Positions 1-15,100 of a DNA stretch of 61,274 bases are shown here, piece after piece. Source of the stretch: Veleropilina oligotropha. Lineage: Eukaryota. The stretch covers positions 1,550,001 to 1,611,274 of the forward strand of contig JBEUKZ010000054.1 of NCBI GenBank assembly GCA_048128005.1. The letters are read 5' to 3'. The position numbers were made by a program, and so were the translations under genes. Position 1 is the stretch's first letter. Every line of letters starts with the position of its first letter. The notes beneath the pieces were generated by a model. The model had not been told where the DNA came from. It saw nothing but the letters and a program-made list of their open reading frames with translations, and searched no databases.

Positions 1-51
1 TTAATTAGGAAACACCACAATGATGCAATGCCAATTACTGGCCTGTTATAG

Positions 52-182
52 GAAACCAACTGACGGATGGTGATGCAAAGTATTTCATTGAGGCCTTAAA
101 GAATAACGTGTCCCTCGTGACACTGGACGTCAGCCACAATCAGTTCGGGGAAGTCGGCGGAGTGCATCTTGGGGCTGCGATG
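52..182 (+). CDS. Host LRR gene exon (GNQLTDGDAKYFIEALKNNVSLVTLDVSHNQFGEVGGVHLGAAM)
   Basis: ttatag| acceptor, |gtaggg donor, LRR consensus. Confidence 0.85.
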
Positions 183-3100
183 GTAGGGGCTGCTAAAATA
201 TGGTGGCGTTATAGGGCTGTTACAATATGTTGACATTATATTATGTTAGGAGTTGCGATGATAGGCTGCCACAATATGTTGACATCATAGGGGCTGCCAC
301 AATATGTTGGCATCATAAGGGATTACACAATATGTTGGCATCATAGGGGCTGCCACAATAATTATGTTGGCATCATAGGGGCTGCCATAATATGTTTGCA
401 TCATAGGGGCTGCCACAATATGTTGGCATCATAGGGGCTGCCACAATATGTTGGCATCATAGGGGCTGCCGCAATATGTTGGCATCATAAGGGCTGCCAC
501 AATTTGTTTGCATCATAGGGGCGGCCACAATAATTATGTTGGCATCATAGGGCTGCCACAATATGTTGGCATCATAGGGGCTGCCACAATATGTTGGCAT
601 CATAGGGGCTGCCGCAATATGTTGGCATCATAAGGGCTTACACAATATGTTGGCATCATAGGGGCTGCCACAATAATTCTGTTGGCATCATAGGGGCTGC
701 CAAAATATGTTTGCATCATAGTGGCTTACACAATATGTTGGCATCATTGTATGTTAGGAGTTGCGATGGTACCGCTGTCACAATAAGGTGATGACATAGT
801 GTCTTAGGATCACGATATCTTTACATTCATTATTTTATGTACAACTTCTGTGGTCAGGTGGGGAGGATAACTGGCCGGGACAGTGCGGTTCACCAATAAT
901 CACACGATTATATAAATAGGTAGTGTAAGGTGTTAAACGAGACGATAAACTTCAATCCAAATCAAACCATATCACGCCAATATTTGCTTCACAGGTAACT
1001 CATTTCAGTATATTTTTTCAGCGGGATAAGGATTAATATCATATATGGCAGCTTCTATAGCCTCGTGCTCATGCATAAGCATTGCATTAAATGACATTTG
1101 CTGTTTGATTTAGCTTGACAAACTGTTATTTTAATACAGTTGGAATCGTGATTATAATTTATTTCTAGTGATTTCTCCGATATTGTGTCAGTGTTTTACA
1201 CTCATTCATCATGTACTCTGTGTCATTAACCAATGACAGTCTAATTTAGTTATTTTATTAGGTGCCTGCCCCAGGATGTAATTCACATGCCTGACTGCTA
1301 TGATTGACAGCAGAGTTCCTGACTGCTATGATTGACAGCGGAGTTCCTGACTGCTATAATTGACAGCGGAGTTCCTGACTGCTGTGATTGACAGCAGAGT
1401 TCCTGACTGCTGTGATTGACAGCAGAGTTCCTGACTGCTATGATTGACAGCCGAGTTCCTGACTGCTATGATTGACAGCAGAGTTCCTGACTGCTATGAT
1501 TGACAGCGGATCCTGACTGCTATGATTGACAGCAGAGTTCCTGACTGCTATGATTGACAGCGGATCCTGACTGCTATGATTGACAGCAGAGTTCCTGACT
1601 GCTATGATTGACAGCAGAGTTCATGACTATGATTGACAGCCGAGTTCCTGACTGCTATGATTGACAGCAGAGTTCCTGACTGCTATGATTGACAGCAGAG
1701 TTCCTGACTATGATTGACAGCAAAGTTCCTGACTATGATTGACAGCAGAGTTCCTGACTGCTATGATTGACAGCAGAGTTCCTGACTGCTATGATTGACA
1801 GCGGATCCTGACTGCTATGATTGACAGCCGAGTTCCTGACTGCTGTGATTGACAGCAGAGTTCCTGACTGCTATGATTGACAGCAGAGTTCCTGACTATG
1901 ATTGACAGCAGAGTTCCTGACTGCTATGATTGACAGCAGAGTTCCTGACTGCTATGATTGACAGCCGAGTTCCTGACTGCTATGATTGACAGCCAAGTTC
2001 CTGACTGCTATGATTGACAGCAGAGTTCCTGACTATGATTGACAGCAGAGTTCCTGACTGCTGTGATTGACAGCAGAGTTCCTGACTGCTATGATTGACA
2101 GCAGAGTTCCTGACTATGATTGACAGCAGAGTCCTGACTATGATTGACAGCAGAGTCCTGACTGCTATGATTGACAGCAGAGTTCCTGACTATGATTGAC
2201 AGCAGAGTTCCTGACTGCTATGATTGACAGCAGAGTTCCTGACTGCTATAATTGACAGCAGAGTCCTGACTGCTATAATTGACAGCAGAGTCCTGACTGC
2301 TATGATTGACAGCAGAGTTCCTGACTATGATTGACAGCAGAGTTCCTGACTGCTATGATTGACAGCAGAGTCCTGACTGCTGTGATTGACAGCCGAGTTC
2401 CTGACTGCTATGATTGACAGCAGAGTCCTGACTGCTGTGATTGACAGCAGAGTCCTGACTGCTATGATTGACAGCAGAGTTCCTGACTGCTATGATTGAC
2501 AGCAGAGTTCCTGACTGCTATAATTGACAGCAGAGTTCCTGACTATGATTGACAGCAGAGTTCCTGACTGCTGTGATTGACAGCAGAGTTCCTGACTGCT
2601 ATAATTGACAGCAGAGTTCCTGACTATGATTGACAGCAGAATTCCTGACTATGATTGACAGCAGAGTTCCTGACTATGATTGACAGCCGAGTTCCTGGCT
2701 GCTATGATTGACAGCAGTGTTCCTGACTGCTATGATTGACAGCCGAGTTCCTGACTGCTATGATTGACAGCAGAGTTCCTGACTGCTATGATTGAGAGCA
2801 GAGTTCCCGACTGCAATGATTGACAGCAGAGTTCCTGACTGCTATGATTGACAGCAGAGTTCCTGACTGCTATGATTGACAGCAGAGTTCCTGACTATGA
2901 TTGACAGCAGAGTTCCTGACTGCTATGATTGACAGCAGAGTTCCTGACTGCTATGATTGACAGCAGAGTTCCTGACTGCTATGATTGACAGCCGAGTTCC
3001 TGACTGATATGATTGACAGAGTTCCTGACTGATATGATTGACAGCAGAGTTCCTGACTGCTATGATTGACAGCAGAGTTCCTGACTGCTATGATTGACAG

Positions 3101-6100
3101 AGTTCCTGACTGATATGATTGACAGCAGAGTTCCTGACTATAATTGACAGCAGAGTTCCTGACTATGATTGACAGCAGAGTTCCTGACTGCTATGATTGA
3201 CAGCAGAGTTCCTGACTGCTATGATTGACAGCAGAGTTCCTGACTGCTATGATTGACAGCCGAGTTCCTGACTGATATGATTGACAGAGTTCCTGACTGA
3301 TATGATTGACAGCAGAGTTCCTGAATGCTATGATTGACAGCCGAGTTCCTGACTGATATGATTGACAGAGTTCCTGACTGCTATGATTGACAGCAGAGTC
3401 CTGACTGCTATGATTGACAGCCGAGTTCCTGACTGATATGATTGACAGCAGAGTTCCTGACTGCTATGATTGACAGCCGAGTTCCTGACTGATATGATTG
3501 ACAGAGTTCCTGACTGCTATGATTGACAGCAGAGTCCTGACTGCTGTGATTGACAGCAGAGTTCCTGACTGCTATGATTGACAGCCGAGTTCCTGACTGC
3601 TATGATTGACAGCAGAGTTCCTGACTGCTATGATTGACAGCAGAGTTCATGACTGCTATGATTGACAGCCGAGTTCCTGACTGCTGTGATTGACAGCAGA
3701 GTCCTGACTGCTGTGATTGACAGCAGAGTTCCTGACTGCTATGATTGACAGCAGAGTTCCTGACTATGATTGATAGCAGAGTTCCTGACTGCTATGATTG
3801 ACAGCAGAGTTCCTGACTGCTATGATTGACAGCAGAGTTCCTGACTGCTATGATTGACAGCTGAGTTCCTGACTGATATGATTGACAGAGTTCCTGACTG
3901 ATATGATTGACAGCAGAGTTCCTGACTGCTATGATTGACAGCAGAGTTCCTGACTGCTATGATTGACAGAGTTCCTGACTGCTATGATTGACAGCAGAGT
4001 TCCTGACTGCTGTGATTGACAGCAGAGTTCCTGACTATGATTGACAGCAGAGTTCCTGACTATGATTGACAGCAGAGTTCCTGACCGCTATGATTGACTG
4101 CTATTATTGACAGCAGAGTTCCTGACTGCTGTGATTGACAGCAGAGTTCCCGACTGCTATCATTGACAGCGGAGTGCCTGACTGCTATGATTGACAGCAG
4201 AGTTCCTGACTGCTATGATTGACAGCGGAGTGCCTGACTGCTATGATTGACAGCAGAGTTCCTGACTGCTATGATTGACAGCCGAGTTCCTGACTGCTAT
4301 GATTGACAGCAGAGTTCCTGACTGCTATGATTGACAGCGGAGTGCCTGACTGCTATGATTGACAGCAGAGTTCCTGACTGCTATGATTGACAGCCGAGTT
4401 CCTGGCTGCTGTGATTGACAGTAGAGTTCCTGGCTGCTGTGATTGACAGCCGAGTTCCTGACTGCTGTGATTGACAGCAGAGTTCCTGACTGCTATGATT
4501 GACAGCAGAGTTCATGACTATGATTGACAGCAGAGTTCCTGACTGTGACAGCCGAGTTCCTGGCTGCTATGATTGACAGTGGATCCTGACTGCTATGATT
4601 GACAGCAGAGTTCCTGACTATGATTGACAGCAGAGTTCCTGACTGCTGTGATTGACAGCAGAGTTCCTGACTGCTATGATTGACAGCAGAGTTCCTGGCT
4701 GCTGTCATTGACAGCCGAGTTCCTGACTGCTATGATTGACAGCCGAGCTCCTGACTGCTATGATTGACAGCAGAGTTCCTGACTGCTATGATTGACAGCC
4801 GAGTTCCTGACTGCTATGATTGACAGCGGAATTCCTGACTGCTATGATTGACAGCAGAGTTCCTGACTGCTATGATTGACAGCGGAGTTCCTGACTGCTA
4901 TGATTGACAGCAGAGTTCCTGACTGCTATGATTGACAGCCGAGTTCCTGACTGCTATGATTGACAGCGGAGTTCCTGACTATGATTGACAGCAGAGTTCC
5001 TGACTGCTATGATTGACAGCGGAGTGTCTGACTGCTATGATTGACAGCGGATCCTGACTGCTATGATTGACAGCCGAGTTCCTGACTGCTATGATTGACA
5101 GCGGAGTTCCTGACTGCTATGATTGACAGCAGAGTTCCTGACTGCTATGATTGACAGCAGAGTTCCTGACTGCTATGATTGACAGCGGATCCTGACTGCT
5201 ATGATTGACAGCAGAGTTCCTGACTGCTATGAATGACAGCAGAGTTCCTGGCTGCTGTGATTGACCGCCGAGTTCCTGACTGCTATGATTGACAGCCGAG
5301 TTCCTGACTGCTATGATTGACAGCAGAGTTCCTGACTGCTATGATTGACAGCTGGGCACTTTGTTCAATTAGCAGTCACTTTGTCCATAACTGGCGCATT
5401 TGTTCATTACTGAACTGTGAGGGTGGTTTCCACACATAATGCATATTCTCTGATATGAACCTGAAGAGTGTTAAAAATGGGATATTAAGCTTCAATCCAT
5501 ACTAAAGTATATTAGGAAAATGTGGTTTTGACGGCTTTGCAAGCCATTTTTTGAAACTTTAAGGTTTGTGGTTTAAGTTCTTCGTAATTTAGCAATAATA
5601 ACCAATGTCCTATTTCTATAGTTGGATGAGTAATAATACGCTGTCCATTTTCCAGGCTATAAACGAAGGAATTGTTGACCTTGATCTTAGCTGGAATTGC
5701 ATTCGCCAGAAAGGAGCAGTGGCAATAGCTAATATTCTAAAAGTAAGTGAAATCGTTTATTTTTATGCCACCACCAATTTATTGGGGTGGCATTTAGATT
5801 TACTCTTGTCCGTCCCGTCCGTCCGTCCCGTCCGTCCCGAAACCAGTATTTGCGTGTAAGCAACTCCAATCTGCTATAACTTCTATTTGCCTTCATGGAT
5901 TGACTTCATACTTTGTACACTGCCCCTATGGTCAAGGCTGCCAGTGGGGGCATTCGTGTCCGATGGACATATTTCTAGTTTATTTTACTTTACTATTACT
6001 TAATATCCATATTTTATGTAAATCTTATTTGCATATCATATCATTTTCAGGGCAATCTTTATTTAGAAGTCCTGGATCTGTCGTGGAATGGATTCAGTAT

Positions 6101-9100
6101 GGCGGGGTGTCTGACTCTGGTGAAAACTCTGAAAATCAACACTACGCTTAAAGTGCTGGACCTCTCGTAAGTGTAATTATGGATTCATTGAAAAAAAAAA
6201 TTCCAATTGCATATTGCTTCCTAGATCTCATTCTAAACCAATGCCACGGCCAAATATGCTGCAGACAAACCCATTGATCTGATACAGAAATTAATTCAGG
6301 GGTCCTGACAACAGTACGATTGAAACATTAAAATGTGGTAAACCAAATAAGTTCATTGTAAATGATATCGATAAAACTAATGATCAATTTGTTTTACATC
6401 CATCGACACGCTCATTTTGTACAATATGTATTAATTTGTGTCTTTTATCATTTTCTTCAATGTCCATTTTGCACTTTTATTTAGAAATAATCGGTTGACG
6501 ACTCAAGCTGCCCAAAAGTTGGCTATTGGCGTGAAGAATAATGTTGGCTTGGAGACTTTACTGGTGAGCATTCAATTAAAGTTGATTACAGTTAAAGTAT
6601 TTAGGATGGTAGCGGTAAATACCAACATCGGATTTAAACCATCACATTAAGCATCGATCCAAGCCAATTTATTAATCATACTGAGTGTCCCCTGCTGGGT
6701 GTCCCCTGCTGAGTGATCCCTGCTGAGTGTCCCCTGCTGAGTGTCCCCTACTGAGTGTCCCCTGCTGAGTGATCCCTGCTGAGTGTCCCCTACTGAGTGT
6801 CCCCTGCTGAGTGTCCCCTACTGAGTGTCCCCTGCTGAGTGACCCCTGCTGAGTGTCCCCTACTGAGTGTCCCCTGCTGAGTGTCCCCTACTGAGTGTCC
6901 CCTGCTGAGTGACCCCTGCTGAGTGTCCCCTACTGAGTGTCCCCTGCTGAGTGTCCCCTACTGAGTGACCCCTGCTGAGTGATCCCTGCTGAGTGTCCCC
7001 TACTGAGTGTCCCCTGCTGAGTGTCCCCTACTGAGTGACCCCTGCTGAGTGACCCCTGCTGAGTGACCCCTGCTGAGTGTCCCCTACTGAGTGTCCCCTG
7101 CTGAGTGTCCCCTACTGAGTGACCCCTGCTGAGTGATCCCTGCTGAGTGTCCCCTACTGAGTGTCCCCTGCTGAGTGTCCCCTACTGAGTGTCCCCTGCT
7201 GAGTGATCCCTGCTGAGTGTCCCCTACTGAGTGTCCCCTGCTGAGTGTCCCCTACTGAGTGTCCCCTGCTGAGTGATCCCTGCTGAGTGTCCCCTACTGA
7301 GTGTCCCCTGCTGAGTGTCCCCTACTGAGTGACCCCTGCTGAGTGACCCCTGCTGAGTGACCCCTGCTGAGTGTCCCCTACTGAGTGTCCCCTGCTGAGT
7401 GTCCCCTACTGAGTGACCCCTGCTGAGTGATCCCTGCTGAGTGTCCCCTACTGAGTGTCCCCTGCTGAGTGTCCCCTACTGAGTGACCCCTGCTGAGTGA
7501 CCCCTGCTGAGTGACCCCTGCTGAGTGTCCCCTGCTGAATGTCCCCTGCTGAGTGTCCCCTACTGAGTGATCCCTGCTGAGTGATCCCTGCTGAGTGTCC
7601 CCTGCTGAGTGATCCCTGCTGGGTGTCCCCTGCTGAGTGTCCCCTGCTGAGTGATCCCTGCTGGGTGTCCCCTACTGAGTGTCCCCTGCTGAGTGATCCC
7701 TGCTGAGTGATCCCTGCTGGGTGTCCCCTACTGAGTGTCCCCTGCTGAGTGATCCCTGCTGAATGATCCCTGCTGAATGATCCCTACTGAGTGTCCCCTG
7801 CTGAGTGTTCCCTGCTGAGTGTCCCCTGCTGAGTGATCCTTGCTGGGTGTCCCCTGCTGAGTGATCCCTGCTGAGTGTCCCCTACTGAGTGACCCCTGCT
7901 GAGTGATCCCTGCTGGGTGTCCCCTACTGAGTGACCCCTGCTGAGTGTCCCCTGCTGAGTGATCCCTGCTGAGTGATCCCTGCTGGGTGTCCCCTACTGA
8001 GTGTCCCCTGCTGAGTGATCCCTGCTGAATGATCCCTGCTGAATGATCCCTACTGAGTGTCCCCTGCTGAGTGTTCCCTGCTGAGTGTCCCCTGCTGAGT
8101 GATCCTTGCTGGGTGTCCCCTGCTGAGTGTTCCCTGCTGAGTGTCCCCTGCTGAGTGATCCTTGCTGGGTGTCCCCTGCTGAGTGATCCCTGCTGAGTGT
8201 CCCCTACTGAGTGACCCCTGCTGAGTGATCCCTGCTGAGTGTCCCCTACTGAGTGTCCCCTGCTGAGTGATCCCTGCTGAGTGTCCCCTGCTGAGTGACC
8301 CCTGCTGAGTGTCCCCTGCTGAGTGTCCCCTGCTGAGTGTCCCCTGCTGAGTGATCCCTGCTGAGTGACCCCTGCAGGGTGTTCCCTGCTGAGTGTCCCC
8401 TGCTGAGTGTCCCCTGCTGAGTGATCCCTGCTGAGTGTCCCCTGCTGAGTGTCCCCTGCTGAGTGACCCCTGCTGAGTGTCCCCTGCTGAGTGATCCCTG
8501 CTGAGTGACCCCTGCAGGGTGTTCCCTGCTGAGTGTCCCCTGCTGAGTGTCCCCTGCTGAGTGATCCCTGCTGGGTGTCCCCTGCTGAGTGACCCCTGCT
8601 GAGTGACCCCTGCTGAGTGACCCCTGCTGAGTGTCCCCTGCTGAGTGTCCCCTGCTGAGTGTCCCCTGCTGAGTGACCCCTGCTGAGTGTCCCCTGCTGA
8701 GTGATCCCTGCTGAGTGATCCCTACTGAGTGTCCCCTGCTGAATGATCCCTACTGAGTGTCCCCTGCTGAGTGTCCCCTGCTGAGTGATCCCTACTGAGT
8801 GTCCCCTGCTGAGTGATCCCTGCTGAGTGTCCCCTGCTGAGTGACCCCTGCTGAGTGTCCCCTGCTGAGTGTCCCCTGCTGAGTGACCCCTGATGAGTGT
8901 CCCTTGCTGGGTGATCTCTGCTGAGTGTCCCCTGCTGAGTGTCCCCTGCTGAGTGACCCCTGATGAGTGTCCCCTGCTGAGTGTTTCCTGCTTGCAGTTC
9001 CAAAATTTGTTCCCTGCTGAGTGTCCCCTGCTGAGTGATCCCTGCTGAGTGATCCCTACTGAGTGTCCCCTGCTGAATGATCCCTACTGAGTGTCCCCTG

Positions 9101-12100
9101 CTGAGTGTCCCCTGCTGAGTGATCCCTACTGAGTGTCCCCTGCTGAGTGATCCCTGCTGAGTGTCCCCTGCTGAGTGACCCCTGCTGAGTGTCCCCTGCT
9201 GAGTGTCCCCTGCTGAGTGACCCCTGATGAGTGTCCCTTGCTGGGTGATCTCTGCTGAGTGTCCCCTGCTGAGTGTCCCCTGCTGAGTGATCCCTGCTGA
9301 GTGTCCCCTGCTGAGTGTCCCCTACTGAGTGATCCCTGCTGGGTGTCCCCTGCTGAGTGATCCCTACTGAGTGATCCCTGCTGGGTGTCCCCTGCTGAGT
9401 GATCCCTGCTGGGTGTCCCCTGCTGAGTGATCCCTGCAGGGTGTTCCCTGCTGAGTGACCCCTGCTGAGTGACCCCTGCTGAGTGTCCCCTGCTGAGTGT
9501 CCCCTGCTGAGTGTCCCCTGCTGAGTGTCCCCTGCTGAGTGTCCCCTGCTGAGTGACCCCTGGTGAGTGTCCCCTACTGAGTGTCCCCTGCTGAGTGTCC
9601 CCTGCTGAGTGATCCCTGCTGAGTGTCCCCTGCTGAGTGTCCCCTGCTGAGTGTCCCCTGCTGAGTGACCCCTGCTGAGTGTCCCCTGCTGAGTGTCCCC
9701 TGCTGAGTGTCCCCTGCTGAGTGTCCCCTACTGAGTGATCCCTGCTGGGTGTCCCCTGCTGAGTGATCCCTGCTGGGTGTCCCCTGCTGAGTGACCCCTG
9801 CTGAGTGTCCCCTGCTGAGTGATCCCTGCTGAGTGTCCCCTGCTGAGTGTCCCCTGCTGAGTGTCCCCTGCTGAGTGACCCCTGCTGAGTGTCCCCTGCT
9901 GAGTGACCCCTGCTGAGTGTCCCCTGCTGAGTGTCCCCTGCTGAGTGTCCCCTGCTGAGTGTCCCCTGCTGAGTGTCCCCTGCTGAGTGACCCCTGGTGA
10001 GTGTCCCCTACTGAGTGTCCCCTGCTGAGTGTCCCCTGCTGAGTGATCCCTGCTGAGTGTCCCCTGCTGAGTGTCCCCTGCTGAGTGTCCCCTGCTGAGT
10101 GACCCCTGCTGAGTGTCCCCTGCTGAGTGTCCCCTGCTGAGTGTCCCCTGCTGGGTGTCCCCTACTGAGTGATCCCTGCTGAGTGATCCCTGCAGGGTGT
10201 TCCCTGCTGAGTGACCCCTGCTGAGTGACCCCTGCTGAGTGTCCCCTGCTGAGTGTCCCCTGCTGAGTGTCCCCTGCTGAGTGTCCCCTGCTGAGTGATC
10301 CCTGCTGAGTGTCCCCTGCTGAGTGTCCCCTGCTGAGTGTCCCCTGCTGAGTGACCCCTGCTGAGTGTCCCCTGCTGAGTGTCCCCTGCTGAGTGTCCCC
10401 TGCTGAGTGTCCCCTACTGAGTGATCCCTGCTGGGTGTCCCCTGCTGAGTGATCCCTACTGAGTGATCCCTGCTGGGTGTCCCCTGCTGAGTGATCCCTG
10501 CTGGGTGTCCCCTGCTGAGTGATCCCTGCTGAGTGTCCCCTGCTGAGTGTCCCCTGCTGAGTGTCCCCTGCTGAGTGACCCCTGCTGAGTGTCCCCTGCT
10601 GAGTGTCCCCTGCTGAGTGTCCCCTGCTGAGTGTCCCCTACTGAGTGATCCCTGCTGGGTGTCCCCTGCTGAGTGATCCCTACTGAGTGATCCCTGCTGG
10701 GTGTCCCCTGCTGAGTGTCCCCTACTGAGTGATCCCTGCTGGGTGTCCCCTGCTGAGTGATCCCTACTGAGTGATCCCTGCTGGGTGTCCCCTGCTGAGT
10801 GATCCCTGCTGGGTGTCCCCTGCTGAGTGATCCCTGCAGGGTGTTCCCTGCTGAGTGACCCCTACTGAGTGTCCCCTACTGAGTGTCCCCTACTGAGTGT
10901 CCCCTGCTGAGTGTCCCCTGCTGAGTGTCCCCTGCTGAGTGTCCCCTGCTGAGTGATCCCTGCAGGGTGTTCCCTGCTGAGTGATCCCTGCAGGGTGTTC
11001 CCTGCTGAGTGACCCCTGCTGAGTGACCCCTGCTGAGTGACCCCTGCTGAGTGTCCCCTGCTGAGTGTCCCCTGCTGAGTGTCCCCTGCTGAGTGTCCCC
11101 TGCTGAGTGATCCCTGCTGGGTGTCCCCTGCTGAGTGACCCCTGCTGAGTGTCCCCTGCTGAGTGTCCCCTGCTGAGTGTCCCCTGCTGAGTGTCCCCTG
11201 CTGAGTGATCCCTGCTGGGTGTCCCCTACTGGGTGATCCCTGCTGGGTGTCCCCTGCTGAGTGTCCCCTACTGAGTGTCCCCTGCTGAGTGTCCCCTGCT
11301 GAGTGTCCCCTACTGAGTGTCCCCTACTGAGTGACCCCTACTGAGTGTCCCCTGCTGAGTGTCCCCTGCTGAGTGATCCCTGCTGAGTGACCCCTGCTGA
11401 GTGTCCCCTGCTGAGTGATCCCTGCTGAGTGTCCCCTGCTGAGTGTCCCCTGCTGAGTGTCCCCTGCTGAGTGTCCCCTGCTGAGTGTCCCCTGCTGAGT
11501 GTCCCCTGCTGAGTGTCCCCTGCTGAGTGATCCCTGCTGGGTGTCCCCTGCTGAGTGACCCCTGCTGGGTGTCCCCTGCTGAGTGACCCCTGCTTAGTGA
11601 CCCCTACTGAGTGTCCCCTGCTGAGTGTCCCCTGCAGAGTGATCCCTGCTGAGTGATCCCTGCTGGGTGTCCCCTGCTGAGTGATCCCTGCTGAGTGTCC
11701 CTTGCTGAGTGACCCCTGGTGAGTGTCCCCTACTGATTGTTTCCTGCTTGCAGTTCCAAAATTTGTGTGTCTTTTATCTGTCATCATACAAGACCATGAC
11801 AGTTATAATGTAAAGGCAGTCTCACACGATGTGATTGTCCCTACGATACGATATGATCAGATGTCCTGTCGTGTCTTAGGGTCTGATATTATAGATAATC
11901 ACACGATGCATCACCTCACACACTGAAAGATAATCACACGATGCATCACCTCACACACTGCAAGATAATCACACGATGCATCACGTCACACACTGAAAGA
12001 TAATCACACGATGCATCACCTCACACACTGCAAGATAATAACACGATGCATCACCTCACACACTGCAAGATAATCACATGATGCATCACGTCACACACTG

Positions 12101-15100
12101 CAAGATAATCACACGATGCATCACCTCACACACTGAAAGATAATCACACGCTGCATCACCTCACACACTGCAAGATAATCACACGATGCATCACGTCACA
12201 CACTGCAAGATAATCACACGATGCATCACGTCACACACTGCAAGATAATCACATGATGCATCACGTCACACACTGAAAGATAATCACACGATGCATCACC
12301 TCACACACTGCAAGATAATCACATGATGCATCACCACACACACTGCAAGATAATCACAGGATGCATCACCTCACACATTGCAAGATAATCACACGATGCA
12401 TCACCTCACACACTGCAGGATAATCACATGATGCATCACCTCACACACTGCAAGATAATCACATGATGCATCACCTCACACACTGCAAGATAATCACAGG
12501 ATGCATCACGTCACACACTGCAAGATAATCACATGATGCATCACGTCACACACTGCAATTTTTACGATTAGCAACGATGTTACGTTTACTGTTCAAGAGT
12601 TGATGCTATGACAAGACAGCATCGCATTGCAGGTAATCTTATTGCAGATCATCTCACATGGTGCAAAGGTAACCGATATCTTGGCATATCATATCTCGTT
12701 ATACGATATCGCAGGGAAATCGCTCTGTGTTAGACTACCATAACGTCACCTGACCTGGTGAGTGGTCATTTAGACCGCAGTGGGCTGCCATTGTCACGAC
12801 AACCACTCTGTAGAAGATGGAGATAAAGTTAACTGATTTAATTCTTACGTCCGACTGAGATAATCAAATAGGTTGAACCATATGCAGCTAAAATATGCCT
12901 CCTATGATTGTCACATACGATAATAATAATAATAATAGTCATCTTGTAATGCGCACAGTGCCGAACACTAGGTGATTGCTCGTGGCGCAGACATCATTAT
13001 TATTCCCTGGTTAACGGCCTGTTCTTTTCGAGATTCTATCTCAACTCTCTCTGAGAGTATTACAGCCGAGCTGCCATTTATAGGCGCATCAGACTAGTCT
13101 GACGTAATGACAATTTCGTCACTGCCTACCAGGTACCCACTCAGATCTCAGATCGGCTGGGTAAAACCGAGGCACAGATATGCTAAATTCCTTGCCCAAG
13201 GAAATTCGCCGGGATCAGGGATTGAACCCCAAACCTCTCGATGAGAGGCCAGTGCATCTACCACTGTACCACGGCTGCATTGTGTGATTACCATCATCAT
13301 CATTGTGTGATTACCTATAATAAAAATTGTTTCAAATGTAAATTTTTTCTGATAATTTGTGGCTAAGAAATATTATTATATTCTTAGCTAAATATGAACC
13401 CAATAGGAGACCTGGGAGTGGAAGCTATTCTGAAGGCAGTAACAGTTAACACTGGCATCAACTTCTTGTCTATTGAGGTAAGCTGTATTCTGGGCAGATG
13501 TGTTAATTAATAAACGGTAATGTTAGTAAAAAATGTGATGCTGATCTATTAATAATAGGACTTAAGCATTTACTTCAGTGGCATCGGCGGTTGATTGGTT
13601 AGCACATCAGACTCTCAGCTGAAGCTGTTAGTTGGTCCCGGGTTCGAGACCAGCGGTGGTTCATTCTACCGCTTAAAATAATAGAAGTCATATCCCTAAT
13701 GTATGTTGGTCAGATCGCCGTGAGACCTTAAACCGAGTGTACCAACTACGATTCGGCTGAAAATTGCCCAAAGTGGTCTTAAGACAATGTTGCCAACCAT
13801 CAAAATAACAGATAATTATTAAAAACTAGTCAGTATTCATTAACATTATAACTTATCTTTATCCTATTTCTTTACTGTAATAAATAACTACATATTATCA
13901 AACCATTATAATTAGGTGTAGATTGTAAATACATATAATTTCAGCAAGGAAAATGTATGATAACACAGTTTGATGTAAAGTATTAATAGTGAGACAAAGC
14001 ATCATACATCATATATCTTTCGTATATAGGAATACATTGTATTGTTTATAATTAATCTAAAGATTAAAAATAATTTGAATATTTTCTAAATTATTCTGTA
14101 GAATTGTGCGGTAAGTATGCATGACGGAGTTTGGTGCATGTCATATAATTTGTTGTATGTGGTTGGTTTAATACATCTAACATATCTGTTTGAATTAACC
14201 CTATTTTAAGGGCCTGTTTGCAGAATTAATAGAAACCTACATTCCGATGTGTACCCAAAATTGGAGAAATTTATCTGACCTTAATAACTGAACTAATATA
14301 CCCAATATTTACTTTAATCACATTCTCTAATGTTGTGGATTCGAGTTTGTCATGGGTTGTCTCTGAAATAATGCAATGTTATAAGCTGCAGCAATATTGT
14401 GCAGCTGCAGCAAAATAGTGCTTGTGCCATACTCTTGCCGCAGACCATACCAACTTGGCAGGGGGTGTAAGGCCCAATGGCGGGAGCGCACACTAGTCTT
14501 GTGCCATACTCTTGCCGCAGGCCATACCCACTTGGCAGGGGGTGTAGGCCCAATGGCGGGAGCCCACTCTAGTCTTGTGCCGTATTCTTGCCGCAGGCCA
14601 TACCCACTTGGCAGGGGGTGTAAGGCCCAATGACGGGAGCGCACTCTAGTCTTGTGCCGTACTCTTGCCGCGGGCCATACCAACTTGGCAGGGGGTGTAA
14701 GGCCCAATGGCGGGAGCGCACTCTAGTCTTGTGCCATACTCTTGCCGCAGGCCATACCCACTTGGCAGGGGGTGTAAGGCCCAATGGCGGGAGCCCACTC
14801 TAGTCTTGTGCCGTACTCTTGCCGCGGGCCATACCCACTTGGCAGGAGGTGTAAGGCCCAATGGCGGGAGCCCACTCTAGTCTTGTGCCATACTCTTGCC
14901 GCGGGCCATACCCACTTGGCAGGGGGGGTAAGGCCCAATGACGGGAGCCCACTCTAGTCTTGTGCCGTACTCTTGCCGCGGGCCATACCCACTTGGCAAG
15001 AGGTGCAAGGCCCAATGGCTGGAGCCCACTCTAGTCTTGTGCCGTACTCTTGCCGCGGGCCATACCCACTTGGCAGGAGGTGTAAGGCCCAATGGCGGGA

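Noticed and set aside
13200..13279. tRNA genes at 13200-13279, 13578-13660 and 42711-42790
   Set aside because: A/B boxes are present but there is no intact cloverleaf; they continue into SINE bodies
4493..15092. ORFs within the 28-, 14- and 77-bp arrays
   Set aside because: By-products of tandem repeats lacking stops in one frame
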